From Candidatus Micrarchaeota archaeon (lineage in GTDB: Archaea > Micrarchaeota > Micrarchaeia > Burarchaeales > JACRGF01), in the NCBI GenBank assembly GCA_016212395.1, contig JACRGF010000009.1, positions 28,132 through 92,131 of the forward strand: a stretch of 64,000 nucleotides of DNA, given 5' to 3'. A program made the translations under genes and the position numbers. Under the pieces are notes generated by a model. The model was not told the origin of the DNA. It did not search any database and saw nothing but the letters and a program-made list of their open reading frames with translations. Positions 39,603 to 49,140 of this stretch are shown one piece after another (position 1 is the stretch's first letter; each line of letters starts with the position of its first letter).

Positions 39603-40148
39603 ATGAAGCAAGGCGCTCGCATTCTCGGAATAGACGATTCGCCTTTCGACAAGCAATCAAGCGAACGCGTTCTCACAGTGGGTGTAGTGTGGCGCGCTGG
39701 AATTGTTGAAGGCGTGCTTTCCACTCGCGTCGAGCGCGATGGAAGCGATTCAACTGAAAAACTGATAGAACTAGTGGAGCGTTCGCGGTTCAAGGAAGGC
39801 CTGCGCGCAATTCTCATCAACAGCATTACCCTCGCAGGCTTCAACATCGTTGACATCAACAAGCTAAGCGAAGTGCTGGAAATTCCAGTCATAAGCATAG
39901 TGAGAAGAAAGCCTGACTTGAAGAAAGTAAAAAAAGCACTAGTGCACTCTCGCGACTATGCGAAAGCACTCTCGCTCATCGAAAAGGCAGGCGTGCCCGT
40001 CGCAGTTAATAAGTTTCACGTTCAATTTGCTGGCGCTGACTTGGAAACAGTTGAAAAAATTTTGCGCGTGAGCGGAATAGAGCCAGTGCGCCTCGCGCAC
40101 ATTATCGCCTCGGGAATAGTAAAAGGCGAGTCAAAAGGAAGAATGTGA
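39603..40148 (+). CDS. DUF99 family (endonuclease V-like) protein
   Basis: ILGIDDSPF, DGSDST, ITLAGFNIVD, EPVRLAHIIASG. Confidence 0.88.
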   Translation: MKQGARILGIDDSPFDKQSSERVLTVGVVWRAGIVEGVLSTRVERDGSDSTEKLIELVERSRFKEGLRAILINSITLAGFNIVDINKLSEVLEIPVISIVRRKPDLKKVKKALVHSRDYAKALSLIEKAGVPVAVNKFHVQFAGADLETVEKILRVSGIEPVRLAHIIASGIVKGESKGRM

Positions 40149-40154
40149 TAAAAA

Positions 40155-40339
40155 GTTTTGGAGTTTTGAAGTTTTGTGGTTTCGGAATTTCAGGTTTAGG
40201 GTTTTGGAGTTTAGGCGTTTCGAGGTTTAGACGTTTTGTAGTTTTGAAGTTTTGAGGTTTCGCGGTTTTGTGGTTTTGAGTGGTTTTGACATAGTGGTTT
40301 TGCAGTAGTTTTGATTGGTTTTGTCTATGCGGTTTTGCG
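40155..40339 (+). repeat. Degenerate tandem array of about 21 GTTT(T/C/A)GNN units, mostly 8-nt period
   Basis: gttttgga gttttgaa gttttgtg gtttcgga ... gtttaggc gtttcgag gtttagac gttttgta gttttgaa gttttgag gtttcgcg gttttgtg. Confidence 0.85.
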
Positions 40340-40396
40340 GTGCGAAACTACTGCAGAACAAGCCAAAACAAGTCGAAACGTTCTGACGTGGTGTTT

Positions 40397-41362
40397 ATGG
40401 CGTTGAAGAAAGAGCGCGTTCATTCTGCAGAGTGGCGCATTGCAAAAAAGATTGTTGACTTGAAGATTCCCTACATTATAATGATTGCGACGTTCGCGTT
40501 GTTCATGCTCACAAGAATGCAAGTGTTCATTTTCACTTCAGCGCTCGTGTTCGTGCTCACCCTCATCATCGAGTCTTTCTTTTCAGCAGACAAAATCGGC
40601 TGGAAGAAGGAATTCAAGGAAACAATAATCGCTGCTTTGGCTGCTGCAGTATTATGGCTTGCTGCAAGCTATTTCCTTCAAACGAGCGCTCCGCTCAACG
40701 GAATTCTCTCATGCTCAATGCTTCCCTCCCTCGAACGCGGAGACATGGTTGTTTTAAACGGCTGGAACATCAACGCGCCTGAAGTGAACGTTACTGAAAG
40801 CGAGTGGAAGCAAATTACTAACAGTGGCGCCCTGCATTTCGCGTGCGGAGTGTGCAGGAACGAAACAGCCAACTCGCCTTGCCTCATAGACCCTCGCTCT
40901 AACACTAAAGTCGAAGGCGACTACCCTCTGGAGTTCGAGTGCGGCTCGTGCGAAAACCTCAACCCTTCAACTAAAGTGAAGCAAACAGTTGCGTGCACGA
41001 AAAGCGTTACTATTCTCGGAAAGAAAATCGAGGAAAACTTGAGCAACGATGTAGTAGTTTACACTCCGCTTCCGTCCGACGTGTTCTCGCGCAGCGGGGA
41101 CATTATCCACCGCGTGTTCGTGAAAATAAACGTTGAAGGCAAAAACTATTACTTGATTAAAGGCGACAACAACCCTGGCTTTGACGTGCAAGTAGTCACG
41201 CCAACAGGCGACTCGAATTCTCCTGTTGCGCAGGAACGCGTGATAGGAAAAGTAATGCTCCGCCTCCCGTACATCGGCTACTACAAAATATTCCTCGCAG
41301 GCATAACAAACCCTGCATTGCTCGAAACGCCGGCAGGATGCGACGCGTACTTAGTGCACTAA
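40397..41362 (+). CDS. Signal peptidase I (S26, archaeal Sec11-type) with Cys-rich insertion
   Basis: ILSCSMLPSLERGD, IIHRV, LIKGDNN, VIGKV..RLPYIGY. Confidence 0.85.
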   Translation: MALKKERVHSAEWRIAKKIVDLKIPYIIMIATFALFMLTRMQVFIFTSALVFVLTLIIESFFSADKIGWKKEFKETIIAALAAAVLWLAASYFLQTSAPLNGILSCSMLPSLERGDMVVLNGWNINAPEVNVTESEWKQITNSGALHFACGVCRNETANSPCLIDPRSNTKVEGDYPLEFECGSCENLNPSTKVKQTVACTKSVTILGKKIEENLSNDVVVYTPLPSDVFSRSGDIIHRVFVKINVEGKNYYLIKGDNNPGFDVQVVTPTGDSNSPVAQERVIGKVMLRLPYIGYYKIFLAGITNPALLETPAGCDAYLVH

Positions 41363-41874
41363 GCGAGTTGAGGAGAATCGCTGCAAAAGAGGGCGTGCCG
41401 CAGGCAATAGTGGAAAAAGACCTTGCGCTATCAGTTGCTTTGAAGGTGATTGCCGAATCAAATTTGGCAGAACACGTGGTTTTCAAGGGAGGCACTGCAA
41501 TAAGGAAAATCTATTTCAAGGAAGCCAGGTTTTCCGAGGACTTGGATTTTAACGCGCTGGACGCTGGCAAAACAGAATGCATGAAATTGTTGAAGGACGC
41601 GCTTGAGGATAAAACAATCGATGGCGTAATTTTCGAAAAAGCCGAGGAAGAGAAAACGCCTGCCGGCCTCAAATCCGCGGTAAAGTACGTCGGCCCGTTG
41701 GCTCACGCGCAGAGAATCAGGTTCGACTTCAACTTCCGTGAAAACCTGGTTGAAAAGCCGGAGCGCAGGCAACTGATAGACGCGTACGGCCTTGGATTTG
41801 CAGAGCTCTCTGTTCTGGGGTTGGAAGAGATTTTTGCTGAAAAGCTTCACGCGCTCGGCTGCAGGTCTAATTAG
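41338..41874 (+). pseudogene. Truncated AbiEii-family nucleotidyltransferase (type IV TA toxin) remnant
   Basis: IVEKD, VFKGGTAIRK.YF...RFSEDLDF, EEIFAEKL; stops before the usual RD.YD motif; no antitoxin gene adjacent. Confidence 0.75.
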
Positions 41875-41978
41875 ATTTAAAACCTGACTTTCGCAAATTG
41901 AAAATAGCGTGCCTAACTCTTTAAAAATAATCTGGTACAAACAGAAGTATCACGTGTGCTTTTTTAAGAGGTTAAAGA

Positions 41979-43016
41979 ATGAAGACCAGACATCAAATAA
42001 TATTGGACGATGCTCGAAGAATGTCTCATCTTAAAAATGAAAGCATAGACCTAATGGTAACCTCACCCCCTTATCCCATGATACAAATGTGGGACGAAAT
42101 GTTCTCGCGGCAAAATCCTGAAATTGAAGTTGCTATCAAAGATGAAAATAGCATTAAAGCATTTGAGTTGATGCATACCGAATTAGATAACGTTTGGAGA
42201 GAGGTTTACCGTACTTTAAAAGTAGGTGGAATTGCGTGTATAAATATCGGTGATGCCACCAGAAGTATGAACAATAAATTTCAGATACATACCAATCACG
42301 CACGAGTACTTAGTTTTTGTTTAGGTCTTGGTTTTCATGCACTACCCGAAGTGTTATGGATTAAAGAAACTAACAAACCTGACAAATTCATGGGTTCAGG
42401 AATGTTGCCTGTTGGAGCATATGTAACTTTAGAGCATGAGCACATTCTAATTCTAAGAAAGGGCGAGAAAAGAGAATTCAAAACGCAAGAAGAACGAGCA
42501 AACAGGCAAAAAAGTGCTTTTTTTTGGGAAGAACGAAATGTTTGGTTTTCTGATAAATGGAAGGATATAAACGGTGTTTTTCAGAAATTAAATCATACTC
42601 AATTAAGAGAAAGAAGTGCTGCTTATCCTATTGAATTGGCCTATAGACTGATTAGTATGTTTTCTGTTCAAGGGGATACTATCTTAGATCCTTATTTAGG
42701 AACTGGAACAACAATTCTTGCAGCTCTTGCTTCTGCGCGAAACAGTGTCGGTTATGAGATTGATAAAAACTTCAACGGTATAATAAACGAGAGAATAAAA
42801 GAAATCAAACATATTGCGAATGAAAGAAATGAGCAGAGGCTGAATAAACATAAAGATTTTATCAAAACGAGGATCAATGAAGGCGAAGAAAAATACCTCA
42901 ATAAAACCTATAATTTCCCAGTTGTAACTTCTCAAGAAACTAACATTGCAATACCCAAATTAAAAGAGATTGTTCAGATAGAAGACGGGCTATTCGAGGC
43001 TGAACACTATTATTGA
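41979..43016 (+). CDS. Site-specific DNA methyltransferase (N4-C/N6-A, beta class)
   Basis: Catalytic TSPPY precedes SAM-binding ILDPYLGTGTT; AT-rich, atypical codon usage. Confidence 0.92.
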   Translation: MKTRHQIILDDARRMSHLKNESIDLMVTSPPYPMIQMWDEMFSRQNPEIEVAIKDENSIKAFELMHTELDNVWREVYRTLKVGGIACINIGDATRSMNNKFQIHTNHARVLSFCLGLGFHALPEVLWIKETNKPDKFMGSGMLPVGAYVTLEHEHILILRKGEKREFKTQEERANRQKSAFFWEERNVWFSDKWKDINGVFQKLNHTQLRERSAAYPIELAYRLISMFSVQGDTILDPYLGTGTTILAALASARNSVGYEIDKNFNGIINERIKEIKHIANERNEQRLNKHKDFIKTRINEGEEKYLNKTYNFPVVTSQETNIAIPKLKEIVQIEDGLFEAEHYY

Positions 43017-43645
43017 GATAACCTCGTTATTTCAGACTTTATCTCATCAATAACTTCTTTATTCGCGATAATTTTTCTACCTGTGTTTTCATCTTTCACG
43101 GAAAAAATATAAAACACCTTCCCACCGTATTTTTTTGCGAATTTGTCGTGTGTTTCTTTTTGTTGAGTTCTTTCATTTATTATTTGAGGGATATACTCAT
43201 ACCCTGTAGGCTTTATTTGCAATCCAACGTATTTTTCATTTATTTTGATGAAGAAATCAACATTATACCCTCTATCCCATTCATCGGGTGCTGGTTCTAT
43301 CTTAACACCAAGGATATCCTGTAATTGACCATATACTGTTTCTTTTTCAGAGGTATAGCCATCATACGTCCTATTGATGACAAGATTTATTACAAAATTT
43401 ATACAATCTTCTTCTGAAATCTCATCTATTTCTGCTCTTATAACTTCACTAATCTTAATGTAAAGTTTCTTTCCAAGCTCTACTAAATGCGATTTCGGAT
43501 AAACATTTTTGTAATAGTAGTCTTCCCATTCGATGATGCTTCTCGGGGAACATTTTCTAATTTCTTCTGCAACTGCACCAACCTGCTTTTTCTTATTAAG
43601 ACCCCAACGCATATTGGCACTATTCAAAACCCATTCTTTCGGCAT
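43010..43645 (-). CDS. MjaI-family type II restriction endonuclease
   Basis: EWEDYY, VINRTYDG, EPAPDEWDRGYNVDF..GLQIKP (PD-(D/E)xK variant); convergent with the methylase. Confidence 0.78.
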   Translation of the reverse strand: MPKEWVLNSANMRWGLNKKKQVGAVAEEIRKCSPRSIIEWEDYYYKNVYPKSHLVELGKKLYIKISEVIRAEIDEISEEDCINFVINLVINRTYDGYTSEKETVYGQLQDILGVKIEPAPDEWDRGYNVDFFIKINEKYVGLQIKPTGYEYIPQIINERTQQKETHDKFAKKYGGKVFYIFSVKDENTGRKIIANKEVIDEIKSEITRLSQ

Positions 43646-43742
43646 TTTCGTTACCTCTTATTCCAGTTGGCAGGCAACAAGTTTAAAGATTTCTCCTGCT
43701 TGAAAATACAAAGATGGAATAAAATAATTCCAATCTTCACTT

Positions 43743-45374
43743 CTACTTCTTTTTCTTCTTTTCTTTCACTGCTTGCAGGAATGCTTGGAATAACGGCGCG
43801 GGTTTTTCGAGCCTGCTCTTAAACTCCGGGTGGGCTTGCGTTGCAATGCCGAACCCTTCAGGCCATTCTATCATTTCAACTATTTTCCCGTCAGGAGACT
43901 TTCCCGACAATACCAACCCTTTTTCCTCGAGTTTTCCAGCGAGTTCAGGGTTTACTTCAAACCTGTGCCTGTGCCTCTCGCTCACTTCCTCTTTTCCGTA
44001 CGCTTGAAACGTTTTCGTTCCTTTCTTGATTTTGCACGGGTAAGCGCCGAGCCTCATCGTCGCGCCCTTGTCTTTCACGCTCTTCTGCTCTGGCAGCAAG
44101 TCTATCACTGGGTAGTGCGTGTCCGCGTCTATTTCAGTAGAGTTCGCGCCTGTCATTCCGCACTCGTTGCGCGCCCATTCTACTACCGCCATTTGCAGTC
44201 CAAAACACAACCCGAGAAACGGAATTCCGTTCTTGCGCGCGTAGTTAATGCACTTGATTTTCCCTTCGCTTCCCCTTGCGCCGAATCCGCCTGGAACTAT
44301 TATTCCGTCGCACTCGTCGAGCGCTGAAACAAGCAGTTTCCCGTCCTCTATTTCAGTTGTTTCAACCCACTTTATCTTCACTCCAACATCACAGTGCGCG
44401 CCTGCGTGCACGAGCGCTTCCTTGATGCTCACGTACGCGTCCTTCAACGCCGTGTATTTCCCGGTAATTCCTATTGTTGCAACTTCCCCAGGATGCCGAA
44501 TGCTGTGAACGAGCTTGTTCCATTCCTTCAAGTCGCTCCCGTTAGTTTTCACTCCGAGTTTTTCGAGAATAGTTGCGCACAGCCTTTGCTTTTCAAACAA
44601 TTCAGGCACTCCATAGATAGTGTCAGTGTCCGGGTCGTCTATAATCGCGTCTTCGTCAACGTTGCAGTACAACGCGATTTTCTTTCTTGCTTCCTTCGAG
44701 AGCGGTTCGACTTCCCTGCAAATCACTACTTTCGGGTTGATGCCGAGGCTTGCGAGCAGGCGGTTCGCGTGCTGTGTAGGCTTTGTCTTCTGCTCTCCAA
44801 GCGCTTCAAGAGTCGGAACGTAAGTCAACTGCACGAACAATACTTCTTCTTCAAACGACATTTGCCTCATTGCCTCCAAGAAGTAGCCGTTCTCCAAATC
44901 GCCTACAGTGCCTCCGACTTCAACCATCACCACGTCAGCGTCAAACGAGTCGCCTACTCCCTTCACCCACTTTTTAATCTCGTTAGTCAAATGCGGGACG
45001 AACTGCACGTCATAACCCAAATACCCTCCCTTGCGCTCCTTGTCAATAACCAAGCTGAAAATTTTCCCGCCAGTCAGGCTGTTTGACTTGTTCAAATTAA
45101 CATTGAGAAAACGCTCGTAAGTGCCCAAGTCCATGTCGCACTCTGTCCCGTCGTCAAGCACGAACACTTCACCGTGCCTGTAAGGGTTCATCGTCCCGCA
45201 GTCAACGTTCAAGTACCCGTCGAACTTCAACGGAACTACTTTCAGGTTGTGGCTCTGGAGAATTTTTCCAACAGAAGAAGTGACTATTCCTTTACCGAGC
45301 CCGCTCATGAGCGAGCCGGCTACCACGACAAACTTTCTTTTTTTCCCCTTGCTTCCATCAGATTCCTTTTGCAT
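43743..45374 (-). CDS. pyrG: CTP synthase
   Basis: SGLGKG, GTMNPYRHGEVFV, GGTVGD, KTKPTQH, PGGFG.RG, GLCFGLQ, ERHRHRFE, QAHPEF. Confidence 0.97.
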   Translation of the reverse strand: MQKESDGSKGKKRKFVVVAGSLMSGLGKGIVTSSVGKILQSHNLKVVPLKFDGYLNVDCGTMNPYRHGEVFVLDDGTECDMDLGTYERFLNVNLNKSNSLTGGKIFSLVIDKERKGGYLGYDVQFVPHLTNEIKKWVKGVGDSFDADVVMVEVGGTVGDLENGYFLEAMRQMSFEEEVLFVQLTYVPTLEALGEQKTKPTQHANRLLASLGINPKVVICREVEPLSKEARKKIALYCNVDEDAIIDDPDTDTIYGVPELFEKQRLCATILEKLGVKTNGSDLKEWNKLVHSIRHPGEVATIGITGKYTALKDAYVSIKEALVHAGAHCDVGVKIKWVETTEIEDGKLLVSALDECDGIIVPGGFGARGSEGKIKCINYARKNGIPFLGLCFGLQMAVVEWARNECGMTGANSTEIDADTHYPVIDLLPEQKSVKDKGATMRLGAYPCKIKKGTKTFQAYGKEEVSERHRHRFEVNPELAGKLEEKGLVLSGKSPDGKIVEMIEWPEGFGIATQAHPEFKSRLEKPAPLFQAFLQAVKEKKKKK

Positions 45375-45409
45375 ATATCTTTTAATTATAAACAGGTTTA
45401 AATCCCTAT

Positions 45410-46120
45410 ATGGTTCGAGTAATCCTTTTCGTTTGCTCGTCGAAAAAAAAGCCTTCCTTCAACTCCAAGAAATACCCTCACATCCGCCTCTCACGCTCCA
45501 CGCTAGTTTTTCCAGAGTGCGCCGAGGAAGAATTGAAGAACTCGTGCAAAAAATGCAGGATAGTATGCGCTGACTTCGACGAGGGGGAATTGAATGCCGT
45601 GAACAGCGAGTGGCTTTACTCAAAGCGCTTGACTGTAAAACTGCGCGGGGAAACGCACACTTCCACGTTCCTGCGCGAGCTTGAAACTCTCGAGAAATGG
45701 GCGCGCTTCGGAGTGCGCGAGGAAGACGAGAGCGAGTTCAAGCACCGCAAGAAAAACGCTGAAGCATTCGTGAAAGAACTTCAATTCAAATTGTTCGGAG
45801 GCAAAATCGTTAACGCGATTACTGAACGCCTGCTCGCGCTCGACGACGCGAAAACAGCAGAAGCGGTTTTTCCAGAAAAAAACGCTTTCCTCGTGAAGAC
45901 CGTTTCTGAAAAATTCGACTGGTTCAAGCAAGAACTCTCCACCCTCCTGCGCACTCCGAAAGAAATAAGCGAAATAGCGCGCGCCACTGAAGTGGACAAG
46001 TCAAGCGCGCGCAAGTGGCTGCACCGCATGGCGCGCGCAGGCATAATCACGAAAACACGAAAACGAAAAGGCATAGGCAGGCCGAAAGACATCTACTACC
46101 TCTCGCACAGGCTTGAATAA
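45410..46120 (+). CDS. Hypothetical protein with C-terminal winged HTH
   Basis: ISEIARATEVDKSSARKWLHRMARAGII...GRPKDIY. Confidence 0.65.
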   Translation: MVRVILFVCSSKKKPSFNSKKYPHIRLSRSTLVFPECAEEELKNSCKKCRIVCADFDEGELNAVNSEWLYSKRLTVKLRGETHTSTFLRELETLEKWARFGVREEDESEFKHRKKNAEAFVKELQFKLFGGKIVNAITERLLALDDAKTAEAVFPEKNAFLVKTVSEKFDWFKQELSTLLRTPKEISEIARATEVDKSSARKWLHRMARAGIITKTRKRKGIGRPKDIYYLSHRLE

Positions 46121-46428
46121 AGAAAAAAGCATTCCCGCACGCTCGAAAACGCTGCACACTAAACGAAAGCACTTTCGCGCAATAAGAAAACAAAAAGCCA
46201 TCAGCCATTCGTCTATTTTTCACGCATAACGCCATTTTTCTCAGCGCCGAAAACGCTTTTTCCGCGTTTTTAAGGGTTTTATCGCTCTCCCGTGCCCCTT
46301 TTTTTCGTTTCAGAGCGTTGTTTTGCTCGTTTTGCCGTTTTCTTGCGTTGCGAGCGTTAGTTTTTTAAATGTGTGAGCGGACAGTAGTAACACTCGTTGT
46401 GTTTGGTTTGCATTTGGGGGTTGTTATC

Positions 46429-46626
46429 ATGGCTGAGTTGCCTCTCGCGCCCATTGAGCGTTTGATTAGAAAAGCAGGAGCGGATAGAGTGAGCGAAGAC
46501 GCGGCTTCCGCGCTCGCGCAGATTCTCGAAGACGCTGCTTCAGTCATTGCAGTGAAAGCAGTAAAGCTCGCAAAGCACGCGGGCAGAAAGACGGTTACTG
46601 CAGACGACGTGAAGCTCGCGAAGTAA
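46429..46626 (+). CDS. Archaeal histone (HMf family)
   Basis: [25 protein letters not shown]...[17 protein letters not shown]. Confidence 0.96.
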   Translation: MAELPLAPIERLIRKAGADRVSEDAASALAQILEDAASVIAVKAVKLAKHAGRKTVTADDVKLAK

Positions 46627-46647
46627 GCTATAGCGGGTTGATGCAAA

Positions 46648-47424
46648 ATGGAGTTCAAGAACGCCGTCACAGGCTTTATTCTCGCCTTCTTCATTCCCCT
46701 GTTCCTCAACTACTTTCTAGCATCAAGCCATTTTTACTTCACGGCATCGTTTCCTTTCCTCACTTTCCTTTTTCAAGTCGCGTCGCTCTTGCTCGCGATA
46801 GGCGTTTTCTATTACTACGCTGTTGAAAAATACTGGATTACGGACAGCAAGACGATAATGCTTTCAAGCATCGGCTTTCTCCTAATGGGCATTTCAACAG
46901 TTCCGTACGGGCTGAAATACTTGGGGCTTTTCTCGTACGACTTGAATATTGCAGGCCACTACTACCTGCTCACAACACTCGTTGCAAGCATTCTCATCGT
47001 CTCATGCGCTTTCTTCAAGGACGGAGTTTCAAAACGCGCTAAGGAACGCATGCTCGCAACTTTCGTGATGCTCGCAATCGCTTACCTCGTCCTGCTCACT
47101 GTAGCAATAATATTTTTCAGCAGCATGCTTCCCCCAGTGTTCGGGCCGAACGAGGAAAACCTTCCATTCAGGGCATACTTATCGCAAGCGATAATCCTCT
47201 TCCTCGCCTTCACTTCAGTCTACTTCGCACGCGTTTTCACTGAAAGCAAAAACGAAGTAATGTTCTGGTTTTCCGTCGGACTAGCGCTCTTGATAATGTC
47301 TGAAATAACATGGTCAGTATTCAAGCTCCAAGCAGACGACGTGTTCACGTGGCTCGGGTGCGTGTACCGGCTTGCAGCATTCGTCGCACTGCTCATTGGA
47401 ATGAAGCAAGTGTACATAGAATAA
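46648..47424 (+). CDS. Multi-pass membrane protein (possibly MASE3-like sensor domain)
   Basis: About 8 TM helices; ends WLGCVYRLAAF; no catalytic domain attached. Confidence 0.55.
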   Translation: MEFKNAVTGFILAFFIPLFLNYFLASSHFYFTASFPFLTFLFQVASLLLAIGVFYYYAVEKYWITDSKTIMLSSIGFLLMGISTVPYGLKYLGLFSYDLNIAGHYYLLTTLVASILIVSCAFFKDGVSKRAKERMLATFVMLAIAYLVLLTVAIIFFSSMLPPVFGPNEENLPFRAYLSQAIILFLAFTSVYFARVFTESKNEVMFWFSVGLALLIMSEITWSVFKLQADDVFTWLGCVYRLAAFVALLIGMKQVYIE

Positions 47425-47429
47425 TCTCA

Positions 47430-48446
47430 TCATCCTACTTTAATTTCCGCCCCGTTCCCGCTTGCTTTTGCTATAAAACAATTTTCAAACTCTTCTTTTA
47501 TTTTTCTCGCAATTTTGTTTTTGTCAGTAAAACCGAACACTAAAGGCCCGAACGAACTCAAGCCCGCGCCCAAGCATTTTCTCTTCAACAATTCAAACGC
47601 TTCCTGCATTTCTTTGCTTTGGTATTCCCACTCAATTTTCTTGAAACCGCTTTCCTGAAGCGCGTTCAAGCATTCACCAAAAGAAACAGCGTCCTTCTCG
47701 CGCACGCTTTCAATTAATTCTTCATACACTATCTTCTTCGTCTTCTCCACTTCGCTTTTTGGAATAGGGCATTTTTCCTGGAAAATGTTTTTTTCTTTCT
47801 CTCCATAAATCATTGTTTCTCTTTTCCCAGGCAACACGCACGCGAACAGCCACTCTTTCGGCAGTTGAGAGTGGAAAACTATTTCAGGAGGCGGAGCGCT
47901 CGCAGCAGATGAAGGCAAAAACGCTTCCTTCTCATTTCCCTTCCCAAACGAGTGCCCTGCATCAACAATAAAGCCACCGCTTTCGAACGCCTTCACTCCA
48001 ACTCCACTCGTCCCGCCTCTTCCCACCAAGCAGGCAAGCTCTCTAATGCTTTTCTTTCCTCCATTCAACTCTTCGCACGCTTTCGCTACTGCAAGCAACA
48101 GTTGAGTAGTGCTCCCCAGTCCAACGTGCGAAGGAATTTCCTCTTCCACTTCAACGCGAAAATTCCCGTTAAAAAAATTTAGAACGTGTTCTATTTGCTT
48201 TCTTCTTTGTTCATTCGTTCCAATTACTTCGTTTTCGTTGCCTGCTTGTTTCTTGCTCGTTCGTGTTGTTTGTTCATTTGCTTGCTTTTCTCCTCTTGCT
48301 TCTATTTTCTCCAAAGTTATTTTCGCGTTAGGCTTTTCGAGCGCGACTCCAGCCCCACCGTCCACGCGCCCGCTTTCACCGTTCAAGTCCACTAGCGCGA
48401 AGTGCAGCCTGCTCGGAGTTTTCACTGAAACTCGCTTAATGCTCAT
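47430..48446 (-). CDS. mptG: Beta-ribofuranosylaminobenzene 5'-phosphate synthase (GHMP family)
   Basis: TPSRLHFALVDLNG..GRVDGGAG, HVGLGSTTQ, GRGGTSGVG...F..GGFIVDAGH, GLSSFGP. Confidence 0.9.
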   Translation of the reverse strand: MSIKRVSVKTPSRLHFALVDLNGESGRVDGGAGVALEKPNAKITLEKIEARGEKQANEQTTRTSKKQAGNENEVIGTNEQRRKQIEHVLNFFNGNFRVEVEEEIPSHVGLGSTTQLLLAVAKACEELNGGKKSIRELACLVGRGGTSGVGVKAFESGGFIVDAGHSFGKGNEKEAFLPSSAASAPPPEIVFHSQLPKEWLFACVLPGKRETMIYGEKEKNIFQEKCPIPKSEVEKTKKIVYEELIESVREKDAVSFGECLNALQESGFKKIEWEYQSKEMQEAFELLKRKCLGAGLSSFGPLVFGFTDKNKIARKIKEEFENCFIAKASGNGAEIKVG

Positions 48447-48500
48447 AAATTAAAATGTGCACTAACAAATTATTATTGTTTTTTTCCTGCGTGTCTGGAG

Positions 48501-49046
48501 GTGTTTGAATTGCATGTCGCTTGGTGCATTACTGGTTCAGGCCACTTGCTGGAAGAAACAGTGAAACAATTCGAGGGAACGAAAAACGTTTCAGTCTTCC
48601 TCTCGCGCGCCGGGGAAGAAGTACTGCGCGCTTACAACCTGCGTGAAGACGTCGAAAAAATAAGCTCAAGCATTTTCCGCGAGAGCGCGATGGGCTCGAG
48701 CTTTCCAGTTGCAGGAGAATTCATGCTCAAAAAATTCGATTTAGTGATTGTTGCTCCAGCAACTGCGAATACAGTTGCGAAAATCAATTTCGGAATTGCA
48801 GACAGCCTTGTTTCGAACGTTGTCGCGCAGGCGCTCAAAGCAGACGCGCGCGTCGCAGTCCTTCCGACAGACGCGCAGGAATTCATTGAGACAACGCTTC
48901 CCTACAACTCGAAAGACGCGAAGGCAAAGCGAAAAACAGCGCGAGTGCACTGCAGGAAAATAGATTTGGAAAACGCGCTGGAATTGAAAAAGCAGGGAAT
49001 AATCGTGCTGAAGCACTCGAAAGAATTGAAAGAATTGTTGAAATAA
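48501..49046 (+). CDS. Archaeoflavoprotein AfpA/DmrX-like flavoprotein
   Basis: AWCITGSGHLL, FLSRAGEEV, APATANTVAKI..GIADSLVSN, LPTD, RKIDLEN. Confidence 0.82.
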   Translation: MFELHVAWCITGSGHLLEETVKQFEGTKNVSVFLSRAGEEVLRAYNLREDVEKISSSIFRESAMGSSFPVAGEFMLKKFDLVIVAPATANTVAKINFGIADSLVSNVVAQALKADARVAVLPTDAQEFIETTLPYNSKDAKAKRKTARVHCRKIDLENALELKKQGIIVLKHSKELKELLK

Positions 49047-49140
49047 TTTGAAATTGCTTTGAATGGCCTAAATCCGTTTTGTAGCGTTTCGAGCAGTGCT
49101 GAATTGTTGATTTTTTTTGTTTGGTTGAGGATTGGTTTAG

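Noticed and set aside
39113..39898. Long antisense ORFs (also 6435-7085, 44394-45086, 56949-57812 and similar)
   Set aside because: They are shadow frames of well-supported genes on the other strand, with no recognisable motifs.
40155..40339. CRISPR array or telomere-like repeat
   Set aside because: Units are about 8 nt and degenerate, with no unique 30-40 nt spacers and no cas genes. The TTTAGGG-like words are isolated and internal.
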